This document shows positions 16,145 to 24,465 of a DNA stretch of 26,008 nucleotides, piece after piece. Source of the DNA: Aerosakkonema funiforme BLCC-F2 (lineage in GTDB: Bacteria; Cyanobacteriota; Cyanobacteriia; Cyanobacteriales; Aerosakkonemataceae); assembly GCF_041929185.1 (NCBI RefSeq), contig NZ_JBHFNO010000043.1; one strand, given 5' to 3'. Below the pieces are notes generated by a model. It worked only from the letters and a program-made list of their open reading frames with translations, was not told where the DNA came from and did no database searches. How positions within the stretch are numbered: position 1 is the stretch's first letter; every line of letters starts with the position of its first letter. The position numbers and the translations under genes were made by a program.

Positions 16145-17376
16145 ACAGCGTTTTCCCGAAATACTAAATGAAATTCATTGCAAACCTGAACTTGACCGAA
16201 TCCTTCCGAAGTACGTTCCCCAACTCCTTTTAATTCTAAATTCCCTAATGCTCGATACCAAATGTCTGGCGAACTTGTACTAAACAAATACACGGCACCT
16301 TTATTGGTAACTAATTCTACATCTTTCATCAATCCCCATGCGGTATTCCAGCCAGAACGATAATCGTAGCTGGTATATGCAACGTGCAGTTTTAAAGAAG
16401 GGTCATCGATCGCAGCATACTTTTTCAACATTCTATCATTAATTACTGTGGTACGTTGCCAATTTTCAGTAAAAATGGCATCGGATTGTAAATCAATGGT
16501 GAAATAGGTGCGGTCTAATAGCAAATCTTGCTGGGTTTCGCCAAAGATTTCTCCCCACTTTTGCCATCTTTTTTTAAGTTCATCGTTAAACTTGGCGATC
16601 CGAGGTTCTACTGTCGCTGCGGCGTTACCTATGTCTGCGATAATTTCCGCTTTTCCTAATCCCCGCGATGCAGAACCACCCAATCGAAAAGAATGGCGAT
16701 TGATAAAATCAGTTAGGTTATTAGCTAATTCCTCATTGTCTAATAAAATTTTGCTGCGATAGGTAGCAGGTTCCTCTTTTCCTTCCACTTCATTTAATAC
16801 TTCAATGCTGTAAAGCACCTGTTCTTCAGAAGTGGCGCGACGGCGGTTGATACCGACTCGCGTTAGCAGTCGAGTCGTGGTTGAAAGTTGATAGTAATTG
16901 TTACCGACACAAGCATAAAAACCGCTATAAGGTTCTACTCTTCCACAGTCTACCGGACAATTTGGATCGTAAGGATGGTTGTAACCTCCGGCGCAAAAAC
17001 GATCGATCAACGTATCGAAGACACCGTGCTTTTTGGGATCTGTTTTAAAACCGGGATTGGTTTTAGAACTAACTGCTGTGGCGGGGAGTACCTGAATTGG
17101 ATTAGGTAGCAAGGTTGGTTTATCTTGAATTTTGGCGATCGCAGGATAACCATTCTGGAAAATTGCCGCATTTTCGCCTAAGAATAAGCTGTGGAAGTCG
17201 TCACCTGCTTCTGGTGTGGGGGATTCAGATTCGCGGAGGATTCCAGATGCGATCGCACCCCTGATTACCGATGCGGGTATATAGCTTTCGGCTTCACTGA
17301 CGGAACCACCAGGCTTTTGTCGTCCAATGGCTAACGGTGAAGCTGCTGTAATTGTTAGTTGAATTTCGTAAGTCAT
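16141..17376 (-). CDS. Cas5-group RAMP (Csx10/Csm4-like large RAMP subunit)
   Basis: 411 aa. N-terminal LTITAASPLAIG...YIPASVIRGAIASGIL (Cas5/Csm4-type start) and C-terminal glycine loop GGSASRGLGKAEI. The size fits Csx10 of type III-D. Confidence 0.65.
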   Translation of the reverse strand: MTYEIQLTITAASPLAIGRQKPGGSVSEAESYIPASVIRGAIASGILRESESPTPEAGDDFHSLFLGENAAIFQNGYPAIAKIQDKPTLLPNPIQVLPATAVSSKTNPGFKTDPKKHGVFDTLIDRFCAGGYNHPYDPNCPVDCGRVEPYSGFYACVGNNYYQLSTTTRLLTRVGINRRRATSEEQVLYSIEVLNEVEGKEEPATYRSKILLDNEELANNLTDFINRHSFRLGGSASRGLGKAEIIADIGNAAATVEPRIAKFNDELKKRWQKWGEIFGETQQDLLLDRTYFTIDLQSDAIFTENWQRTTVINDRMLKKYAAIDDPSLKLHVAYTSYDYRSGWNTAWGLMKDVELVTNKGAVYLFSTSSPDIWYRALGNLELKGVGERTSEGFGQVQVCNEFHLVFRENAV

Positions 17377-17378
17377 TC

Positions 17379-17411
17379 GATTTTGGATTTTAGATTTTGG
17401 ATTTTGGATTG
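17379..17411. repeat. STRR-like heptamer tandem repeat (GATTTTG x4) in the 51-bp gap between two cas genes
   Basis: gattttggattttagattttggattttggatt read directly. Confidence 0.6.
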
Positions 17412-17427
17412 TCTATGTCGGATATTT

Positions 17428-18141
17428 TTAAGTTTTTAAAGCATTCCAAACGTTATCATCAATTTTTAGGTCTGGAAATTTCCAATGCAACCAACCTAAA
17501 CCACCTGATTTACTACCACCTAAAGCATGGATGTGATGTAATGCTGCGAATAAAAGCGGTTTAGTATAGGCGGGACAATCCGGTAAAAAATGAATGTGAC
17601 TGGAAAATTCGAGTTGGATATTTGCGGGAGATGTTTCTAAGAGAAATAGCTTTTGGTCTTCGGAAGTACGACGGCGGCGATTGATGGTAACGCCGGGACG
17701 CAATACTTCTGGGAGATTTTCTGCTTTTTCGTTGCAAATGAGGTCATCAAATAGCAGGCGCGAAGGTAAGGCGGGATTGCCAAATATTTGACAAATCAGA
17801 CAGTGATAACGTTCATCTCCTTCTACTTGATAATCTGGACGATGAAATTTTATTTCTTCGTTTTCTGGAAATTTTGCGCGTTGGGGACACATGGTTTGGG
17901 GGTTGGGAGATTCGCAGATTTTCCAATGCAAACCTCTGGCTATTTTTTCGCATTCGTGACGCAGGCGACCTTTGAATTGAGAAGCGGGAATTAGTAATTT
18001 TCCGGTTGCTGTGCGAACAATTGGTTTATCTGCTAGTGTTCCCGATGTACCGCCTGCGCCAACGCACAAAGCACTGTCTATTACCGCAGTTATGGATAGA
18101 GATTCTGTTGAATTTTGCCTTAAGTTTTGGAGTTGGATCAT
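17428..18141 (-). CDS. Cas7-group RAMP with zinc finger (Csm3-like, first backbone subunit after cas10)
   Basis: 237 aa. LLIPASQFKGRLRHECEKI, Cys cluster CESPNPQTMCPQ...HCLICQIFG, glycine loop GGSKSGGLGWLHW. Confidence 0.7.
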   Translation of the reverse strand: MIQLQNLRQNSTESLSITAVIDSALCVGAGGTSGTLADKPIVRTATGKLLIPASQFKGRLRHECEKIARGLHWKICESPNPQTMCPQRAKFPENEEIKFHRPDYQVEGDERYHCLICQIFGNPALPSRLLFDDLICNEKAENLPEVLRPGVTINRRRRTSEDQKLFLLETSPANIQLEFSSHIHFLPDCPAYTKPLLFAALHHIHALGGSKSGGLGWLHWKFPDLKIDDNVWNALKT

Positions 18142-18245
18142 CAGTTTCCTCCCGTTGATATTGTATCTTGAATGCTTGCAATATCCATCGGTTAAGAATA
18201 TTTAGACCTTGGAAGGGCGAAGCATTCGGACAGAAAACTTAGGGT

Positions 18246-20774
18246 TTAAGTAGATAAATTGTCGCCCGAATGCTTCGCCCCTACATTTAACCTATCTGTA
18301 TCTTGAATTTTGGCGTCAAGGGTTTGCGAAACTTCGATAAAAGGATAAAGGTCTACTAACTCGCGCCAAATAGTTTCGTAAGTGGACTTTTTTAATAAGT
18401 TTAAAATCACACTTTGTAACTGAACTTGACTGGTTGGTAAAAGTTTTAAGGAAAACATTAGAACTACTTTCCTGAAGATTCCAGCCTTCTCAAAAAGCCA
18501 AGGGGCTAAGTAACCATCATTTGTTGCTGCTTGACACCAAGCATCCTCAAAATTTTCTTTTAGTAACTGTTGTTCTTTTGAACCCAAACGCACGCGGAAA
18601 TAACGATAGTTGAGGATGGCGGTGTTTTTGCCTCGTTCCAGTAAACTGCGAATTTGATAGAGTTGCGATCGCGGAAATCCCGACTGTTTTATTGCTTTGG
18701 CTGTTTCCAGCAGTCCGCCTAGTTCATGCAGCGTGTAAGGTGCAGCATGAAGTTTGAGTTTTTGGTTATCTTTGATCGATTTGGTTAAACCTTCTCGGCG
18801 GAACGAACTGATATTTGATGATATCATTGTAACTGATTTCATCACCAAAAAGTCAACCGTACCGCCATAATAATGATAGTGTTTTTTCAACTCTTTAGCA
18901 CGCGCTTTCGCAGATTTGAGTAACTGTTCCGTTAATTTTTGAGCGTAATAAATCGGCGTGGTGTAGGCGGTAATCAAAACACCGATCGACATACTCAATT
19001 GACATTCGGAGGGGTTCTGTGGCGGCGGTTGGTAACGATGACAGGCGATTGATTTCGCATCATCTCGCTGGGATGCGGGAATTTCATATCTTTTTCCTAA
19101 ATCAGTTAATCGCTTCTCGAATTCTTCACCGATCGTTTGCGCGATCGCCAATGCTTTATCTGCTGGTACAATCAGCAATACATCGTCACCGCCAATAGTT
19201 AAAATTTCAAAGGGATGAATGACAACACCATTTCGATGTTGATGTTCTTTTCCAGTTAAGCCACTTAACCGATGGGGCTTTAGATGCGTGAGAGCTTCAT
19301 AAACTGAATTTTCCGTTGCATCGAAAATATCTTCACTAAACTGAGCGTAATCCGCTGGAGTTTTAATCTTTTGGATGTAGCCACCCATATTGTTACCATC
19401 TGCATAAATGTAAGCAACAAATCCATTGCTAGCATTGCCGATTTCTGTGAGCGATCGCGCTTGCTGAATTCCGCTATTGCTAAAACCTGCGTAATATTTG
19501 CGCCAACGTTCTAACTTGAGTAAAAACCGCTCAAACTTATTGACCCAACTTTCTACTTCTCCGGGTTGCCATTCAAGTTTTGTGCGTTCGTACCATTCTC
19601 GTTCTTGTTCTTCCTTCGAGATTTGACCTATTATTCGCTTACGCGCTAACGCTTCCGAAAACCAAGGTTCGTTGGGAAGCTCAGTCGCATGAAAAATAGC
19701 AGAACGGCAATCCCCTTCATCCCTTTTCAAGTAAGGATGAGTATCAAAAATCGGCGGGTAGCAACGGCTGGGACGTTCTGAACCAGGTAAATCGTTACCG
19801 CTGCGTCGGTGATTAAATTGTGCGGCTAATTTACCTGCTAATTCGTTAAAACTTTTGCGATTATTAAATAATTCTCCCCAATTTTCTTCTCCTTCTAAGC
19901 TACCGAAGTAAGCTTTTACTAAATCATTGTTGCGATTTTTTTCGTGATTGTTGCGATTTTTTTCGTACCAATCTAGCCAGAGTGTTTGTTCAATTGGATC
20001 GCGCAGCAACCCAAAACGCACTTCTAGTAATTTGAAGCTATCCCCAACAGCACAAGAGTTAGCCGTTAAAGTTTGTTCGGTATAACGCCGTTCAATCGCA
20101 TTCGCTAAATCGTCGATGTAAGCAGCAGGACAAAATGCGAGGATATTACCACCCGTTGAATAGATTATCAGTTCTGGGATGAGAGCATCTGAAAGCTTGA
20201 GATTATCTGCATCACCGGGAAAGCAGTTATCTAACCACTGTTTTACTTCTTCGCAGTGTGCTGTGTAACGGGGAGACTCTGGCGGTTTTCCGAAAAAAGC
20301 GGGTAAGTCGATCAGATTGATTCGATCGAGTAGTGCAGAAGCACCCCGGATGTCTTGCAGCTTAGCCGCTTCAAAAACGTAACCTTTAATTTTGGTAGCA
20401 CCGCCATAAACTAAGCCGATGGGAGTATTCCACGCTTGAGGATTTTCCCGTTGCAAGGCTTCAAAGGTTTGACGTAGTTTTTCAGCGGTGTCTGGAAACT
20501 TCAGGTTATCGATTTTTTGCGCTTGTTCTAGAAATGGTTGAATTGCAGCTGGAATACTTTTTCCTTCTTTGAGAGTCTGTTTAATTGTCTGCAACTCGGA
20601 TAGGTCGAACAGAGGTGTGGGTCGATCGCCCCAGGCGAGACACCAAGCGATTCCTATCGAAAGCTTCGTTGATATTGTCATCATACCATTTTGCAAAGTT
20701 TTCACTCTAAAGGACTTTTTTCCAAATCTGGGTAATGCCAACATTCCCAAACTCTTTGCTGTATTTTGACACAC
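18246..20774 (-). CDS. cas10: Cas10 (Csm1/Cmr2-type large subunit) with intact GGDD cyclase palm motif and no recognisable N-terminal HD nuclease motif
   Basis: 842 aa as listed. The start at 20774 is GTG; alternative ATG starts lie at residues 11 and 31. Palm motifs AYIYADGNNMGG and ILTIGGDDVLLIVPAD, Cys cluster, GASALLDRI. The first 150 residues contain no H-D dyad in HD-domain context. Confidence 0.85.
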   Translation of the reverse strand: MCQNTAKSLGMLALPRFGKKSFRVKTLQNGMMTISTKLSIGIAWCLAWGDRPTPLFDLSELQTIKQTLKEGKSIPAAIQPFLEQAQKIDNLKFPDTAEKLRQTFEALQRENPQAWNTPIGLVYGGATKIKGYVFEAAKLQDIRGASALLDRINLIDLPAFFGKPPESPRYTAHCEEVKQWLDNCFPGDADNLKLSDALIPELIIYSTGGNILAFCPAAYIDDLANAIERRYTEQTLTANSCAVGDSFKLLEVRFGLLRDPIEQTLWLDWYEKNRNNHEKNRNNDLVKAYFGSLEGEENWGELFNNRKSFNELAGKLAAQFNHRRSGNDLPGSERPSRCYPPIFDTHPYLKRDEGDCRSAIFHATELPNEPWFSEALARKRIIGQISKEEQEREWYERTKLEWQPGEVESWVNKFERFLLKLERWRKYYAGFSNSGIQQARSLTEIGNASNGFVAYIYADGNNMGGYIQKIKTPADYAQFSEDIFDATENSVYEALTHLKPHRLSGLTGKEHQHRNGVVIHPFEILTIGGDDVLLIVPADKALAIAQTIGEEFEKRLTDLGKRYEIPASQRDDAKSIACHRYQPPPQNPSECQLSMSIGVLITAYTTPIYYAQKLTEQLLKSAKARAKELKKHYHYYGGTVDFLVMKSVTMISSNISSFRREGLTKSIKDNQKLKLHAAPYTLHELGGLLETAKAIKQSGFPRSQLYQIRSLLERGKNTAILNYRYFRVRLGSKEQQLLKENFEDAWCQAATNDGYLAPWLFEKAGIFRKVVLMFSLKLLPTSQVQLQSVILNLLKKSTYETIWRELVDLYPFIEVSQTLDAKIQDTDRLNVGAKHSGDNLST

Positions 20775-21032
20775 CTATGGAAGACCCCCGTTCCAATTAA
20801 GCAACTAGACTGGTTGCCAAGTGCGGATCTTACACCTGCTTATAAAGCCCGCCAGCAATTCAAATCGCTGGCTAATAGTAAAAGTCGTCTTTAGACGACT
20901 GGTTAAAGAATACCAGTCTACTTTAGTAGACTTGAGCTATCAGCCTGGGGTTTGAACCCCAGGCGGGCTATTGGTAACGGTGAGTACACCCGGATTAAAG
21001 ACCAGATGTATCAGCACATCATCTTTAGCTTT
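20775..21032 (-). promoter_or_regulatory. cas10 upstream leader with three consecutive stem-loops and a thrice-repeated GACTGGT(T/A) motif
   Basis: Hairpins AGTCGTC-TTTA-GACGACT (20883-20900), AGTCTAC-TTTA-GTAGACT (20915-20932) and CCTGGGGT-TTGA-ACCCCAGG (20944-20963). AGACTGGTT at 20807, CGACTGGTT at 20896 and its reverse complement ACCAGTCT at 20912. Confidence 0.3.
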
Positions 21033-21452
21033 CTATTCAAGTTTGATAGAGAGTTTTAACGCCAACCCCAAACGCTGGCATAACAAAGAAAGGCGGACAC
21101 TTAGGCAAAAATTCTTTGTCAGAGCTTGAATCGCTGCTAAAGCAATAGATTGAGCCGTTGAATTATTAAGTTTAGCAGGCTCGGTTTCAATTTTGGAGGA
21201 ATCCTGGTTGATGGGGAGATATCCTTGCTGGTAAGCGGGCTTTTCGGCTAGTGGCATCTGCAAAATGCTTACTTGTGTGGGTGTAGTAACCCGTGTAGCC
21301 TGCTCCGTAAACAGTATGTTTGTAAGATTGAATGGCTGTACAACCTTGTGTAACGCTGGGTTGTAGAAAGTTTGACAGTTGCCCAACTGCAAATAACTCA
21401 AGCAGTTAGACTTTTCAACTACGGTAGTTCCGTAGAAATCTGCTGTTTTCAT
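21033..21452 (-). CDS. hypothetical ORF upstream of cas10 (low confidence, may be non-coding leader)
   Basis: 139 aa. Low-complexity Leu/Ser/Gln-rich product with no motif. Same strand as cas10, separated from it by 258 bp of hairpin-rich DNA. Confidence 0.25.
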   Translation of the reverse strand: MKTADFYGTTVVEKSNCLSYLQLGNCQTFYNPALHKVVQPFNLTNILFTEQATRVTTPTQVSILQMPLAEKPAYQQGYLPINQDSSKIETEPAKLNNSTAQSIALAAIQALTKNFCLSVRLSLLCQRLGLALKLSIKLE

Positions 21453-21495
21453 GTACTTGTCCTTGATTTGTAAATTCGCTTGTCTCAGATGCTAC

Positions 21496-21586
21496 TAGAC
21501 ATCTCCAGAAATTAAAGGTGCGTTAGCTGGAACCCTTGTAGAGACGTTTCATGAAACGTCTCTATAATGTTTTTTGGAGATGTCTA
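21496..21586 (+). terminator. nested palindrome: 12-bp outer inverted repeats (TAGACATCTCCA / TGGAGATGTCTA) enclosing a 12-13 bp perfect hairpin (TAGAGACGTTTC-AT-GAAACGTCTCTA) followed by T6
   Basis: Inner hairpin 21538-21565, T-run 21570-21575: an intrinsic-terminator shape on the + strand. Sits between the 139-aa ORF and the CRISPR leader. Confidence 0.4.
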
Positions 21587-21691
21587 CTGAATGTTGAGTC
21601 AGTTAAATCTTTAGTTGGTGGTGGCCACGCTGGAATTTTCATATGTTTCTCTACAAACTAATGTCTACAATTATAGTATTGAAACTAAGTA

Positions 21692-21725
21692 TTGACTTTT
21701 AGAGAAAATAAGAGTATCTTATATA
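21692..21725 (+). promoter_or_regulatory. candidate sigma70-type promoter in the AT-rich leader of the mini-array (TTGACT-N17-TATCTT)
   Basis: ttgact 21692-21697, 17-nt spacer, tatctt 21715-21720, followed by tatatat. Lies about 15 nt upstream of the first repeat. Confidence 0.25.
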
Positions 21726-21737
21726 TGTATAGTTAAA

Positions 21738-21929
21738 CAAAAACCTAAAAACTCCCCGTAAGGGGATTGAAACTCGCTCTTTCAGTGCTGACACACTTGT
21801 CGAGTCAGTGTTCAATACTTCCCCGCAAGGGGACTAAAACCTCAAAACTATTGCACAGTGCTTATTGCTAAGTAAACCAGCGATCGGCTACTACCCCTTG
21901 CTGGAAAAGGGGCAGTAGCTTATGAAAGC
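21738..21929 (+). CRISPR. decayed CRISPR mini-array: two recognisable repeats with one 31-nt spacer (period 67) plus a third strongly degenerate repeat-like hairpin
   Basis: R1 ...AACTCCCCGTAAGGGGATTGAAAC ends at 21773. R2 ...ACTTCCCCGCAAGGGGACTAAAAC ends at 21840. R3-like CTACCCCTTGCTGGAAAAGGGGCAGTAGCTTATGAAAGC ends at 21929. Conserved CCCCG-NN-GGGG hairpin plus (A/C)TTGAAAC 3' handle, as in cyanobacterial type III-associated repeats (recalled). An isolated ATTGAAAC also occurs at 21678. Confidence 0.6.
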
Positions 21930-21974
21930 TTTGTTCTGGTGTGTCGGCTTATTCCCCAAATGGGGACGGAAAGA

Positions 21975-22571
21975 TTACGAACTCGCCATCGCACCTTGCT
22001 GCAACTCTCTCACCACCCATTCCAATTCCTCGACCATCCAACTGCTACTCAACTGGCGGTAAATCTGCAATTGTTCTTGATAAAGCCATAACACCCCTTC
22101 CTTACCGCCTCGGAAATAATGCCAAATTTCTTCGCCAAATTGCCTAAAATTAACCAACATAGTCCGCGCATTGTGCAACTTATCCGCCAGCATCACGCGC
22201 TGGACTGGCGGACAAGCATCGCGTAACTGTTGGAGATATTGCTGTTTGTGTTCCCTCCAAGTCGGATATAAACTCGGTTCTGGCTCGGTGCAACCTTCTA
22301 TAATATGGAAAACGCGATCGCCAAATCGCTGCAAAATTTCCGCCTTCGTTACTTCTCCCCCTCGGTCTTCCAGCGCATCGTGCAATAAAGCAGAAATTGC
22401 CTCATCTTCATCTCCTCCATCTTCCAACACCAAAGCCGCGACGCTCAACAAATGGGCAATATAAGGAGTACCTGTAATTTTCCGTTGTTGGTCGCCATGA
22501 AGTTGCGCCGCATATACCAACGCTTCCTGAAAACGCGAAGTTAAAATTGTCAAACACCGTTCATTCTTCAT
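21975..22571 (-). CDS. small alarmone hydrolase (SAH; Mesh1/SpoT-like HD-domain (p)ppGpp/(p)ppApp pyrophosphohydrolase family)
   Basis: 198 aa. GTPYIAHLLSVA...AISALLHDALED...ILQRFGDRV...MLADKLHN align motif-by-motif with human Mesh1 (GTPYINHPIGVA...AALLHDTVEDT...HFGAQV...KLADKLYN; sequence recalled from memory). ATG lies 11 nt inside the 3' end of the upstream WYL gene (overlap in a different frame). Confidence 0.8.
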   Translation of the reverse strand: MKNERCLTILTSRFQEALVYAAQLHGDQQRKITGTPYIAHLLSVAALVLEDGGDEDEAISALLHDALEDRGGEVTKAEILQRFGDRVFHIIEGCTEPEPSLYPTWREHKQQYLQQLRDACPPVQRVMLADKLHNARTMLVNFRQFGEEIWHYFRGGKEGVLWLYQEQLQIYRQLSSSWMVEELEWVVRELQQGAMASS

Positions 22572-23976
22572 AATTTTTCCATTCTCGTTCGATTTCTTTC
22601 CTCGCCTGTTCTCGTAATTCCACAGGGAGGAGAATTTCTACATTCGGTCGCCACGCACGCAAGCGCTGCATTACATTAGGATCGCCTTGGCGATATTGCG
22701 CTTGGTAATAAGCATCTTGGGGAGAACGTTTGCGCCAAATATTTAACATCTTTTGTTGTTGTTCTCCCTTTAAGTTCTGCCGAATTAATCGTTCTACTTC
22801 TTGATATGCCACTCGCGCAAAGGTAGCATGGCGCATAGTATTGCGGATGTAGCGATTATCCCACTCGCGATCGAACCTCAATAGTAGCAGTTGTGCGGGT
22901 TGATAGTAATCAAAACCCCAAACTTCTGCGATCGCTAATTGGATATCATCGGGAATAGGCAGAGTATTCTTTTGATATCGCTGTTTCAGCGCCACTGGAA
23001 CTTGCGAATCTTCCCAACTCAAAGGGATCGAATCCTGAATGCGATCGAGTCGATAATTGCGAAAATCTAATTTTCCCGATTCGTCTTGCGGAACTTCGCC
23101 AAACGCACACAGATACGGCCCTCTCTGATAATAATAAATGCAAACCGGATAAACTACCACCGACAAAGTTGTTTGCCAAACCGCACTTTCATAACTTAAC
23201 AAAATCGGCGGTACAACTTCCTTTTGCCAAAGTTCCCGCAGTTGTGCTTGCCATTCCTCCACGCGATCGATCGAGTCTTGGGGAATCACATATTCCAGAT
23301 GGATAAAAAAGCGCTGCTGACCATTCAATCGCGTCGAAAGATTATCTGCGATCGCAGCCAAATCCGGTTGCGTGAGAAAATCCAAATTGTAAGCTATCAG
23401 ACGAGAATCTGATTTTTGGATCGAACTCGGCGTCCGTGGATATTTCTTAACCCGATAATACCGATTTCCTTGGCGTTTCAGCCACCCGATTTCTATCAAA
23501 ACTTGCAAATCGCCATAAAGCGATCGTCTTGTCAAGCCAAACAAACGAGTATCGTGCAACAATTCTTTAAGGTTATCCGGTAACAAATGATGTTCCCGCA
23601 AAGATTGTTCAAACGATCGCTCTTTTTCCTGCACTTCCGGCTTCCCTAATTCCCCTTTCCACTTTGACTGAGTTAAATTGAAATTAGAGCCAAATAACCA
23701 AGCCGCAACAGTTTTGGCACAACGGCATTTCGGGTCGTGCAACGCCGGAATTTCTTCTTCTCTAGTATGAGTCGCAGTAAAAAAAGCATCTCGCCATTCA
23801 GGATAAGTAAAATTTTCCGGCAAATTCAACTTAATGCCGGCTTCCCCATACAGAAAGTGCAGCCACACCCACAACCGCACCGCCTGTAGCAATCTTTGTT
23901 TTAAATCTCCCCGCGCCAGCCATTGCAGTAGTTCCACGCGAGGAGGTTCATTCCAAAAGGGGCCGATCGTTTCCAA
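22561..23976 (-). CDS. WYL-domain transcriptional regulator (wHTH + WYL + C-terminal extension), CRISPR-associated type
   Basis: 471 aa. wHTH-like LLHDTRLFGLTRRSLYGDLQVLIEIGWLKRQGNRYYRV. WYL-domain signature VVVYPVCIYYYQRGPYLCAFGE...FRNYRLDRIQ (YL...RLDRI). Translationally coupled to the SAH gene. Confidence 0.7.
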   Translation of the reverse strand: METIGPFWNEPPRVELLQWLARGDLKQRLLQAVRLWVWLHFLYGEAGIKLNLPENFTYPEWRDAFFTATHTREEEIPALHDPKCRCAKTVAAWLFGSNFNLTQSKWKGELGKPEVQEKERSFEQSLREHHLLPDNLKELLHDTRLFGLTRRSLYGDLQVLIEIGWLKRQGNRYYRVKKYPRTPSSIQKSDSRLIAYNLDFLTQPDLAAIADNLSTRLNGQQRFFIHLEYVIPQDSIDRVEEWQAQLRELWQKEVVPPILLSYESAVWQTTLSVVVYPVCIYYYQRGPYLCAFGEVPQDESGKLDFRNYRLDRIQDSIPLSWEDSQVPVALKQRYQKNTLPIPDDIQLAIAEVWGFDYYQPAQLLLLRFDREWDNRYIRNTMRHATFARVAYQEVERLIRQNLKGEQQQKMLNIWRKRSPQDAYYQAQYRQGDPNVMQRLRAWRPNVEILLPVELREQARKEIEREWKNYEE

Positions 23977-24089
23977 GCTACTCTCCCGATTTCAGCGATT
24001 TGCCTTCCTTTCTAAGTATGCCTCATCTTGGAAGCAGGTGCTTCCACCAGTTTGATACAGTAGCAATAACTCAATGAACCTATTATTTA
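23977..24089. promoter_or_regulatory. divergent intergenic region between the WYL regulator and csx3-like gene, with small palindrome GGAAGC-AGGT-GCTTCC
   Basis: 113 bp between divergent starts; palindrome at about 24034-24049. Confidence 0.3.
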
Positions 24090-24446
24090 ATGTCAGCCAT
24101 TCAATTACAACTGTTTCGGGAGCAAACCCAGTCAGGTCTGACCTACCAACACCTGCACATCCAAATCAATACACCGGATGGACTGATTGCACCAGCCGAC
24201 CTGAAAAATTTATCCCTACCGGAGGAAATGGTCTGGAGTCAAGGCGTTGTCATTGAAGGTAAAGCGCCAATTTGGTTGTACGCCTATTTAGTTCACGCTT
24301 GTCACCCCGCCGCTTGGGTAGCTTGCTTCGACCCCCGCTTAGAAGGTGCAGTTATAATTGCTACACACAGTCGCCAAGTCGCACTCGGAGATATTCTCAA
24401 ACTCAACTTACCCGCAGCCATATTTCGCAAAACAACAGGTACGTAG
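24090..24446 (+). CDS. csx3: Csx3/Crn3-like cyclic-oligoadenylate ring nuclease (stand-alone, catalytic His/Asp/His pattern present)
   Basis: 118 aa, the size of stand-alone Csx3. GKAPIWLYAYLVHACHPAAWVACFDPRLEGAVIIATHSRQVALGD has H-(+9)-D-(+12)-H spacing similar to the His60/Asp69/His80 Mn site of A. fulgidus Csx3 (numbers recalled, not checked). Adjacent to type III genes; has a paralog at 25014. Confidence 0.5.
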   Translation: MSAIQLQLFREQTQSGLTYQHLHIQINTPDGLIAPADLKNLSLPEEMVWSQGVVIEGKAPIWLYAYLVHACHPAAWVACFDPRLEGAVIIATHSRQVALGDILKLNLPAAIFRKTTGT

Positions 24447-24465
24447 TGATAATAAAAACTTATTA

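Noticed and set aside
20860-20970. Possible tRNA or tmRNA-like gene suggested by three adjacent stem-loops
   Set aside because: The arms are sequential, not a cloverleaf. There is no anticodon-loop geometry, no CCA or T-loop GTTC motif. Retained only as a structured leader.
21678-21685. Isolated ATTGAAAC upstream of the mini-array as an additional repeat
   Set aside because: Only the 8-nt handle matches, it is out of the 67-nt register, and no hairpin half is present; probably chance in AT-rich leader.
24074-24256. 60-aa ORF overlapping the start of the csx3-like gene in another frame
   Set aside because: The overlapping 118-aa frame has clear paralogy to the downstream Csx3-like domain; the 60-aa frame has none.
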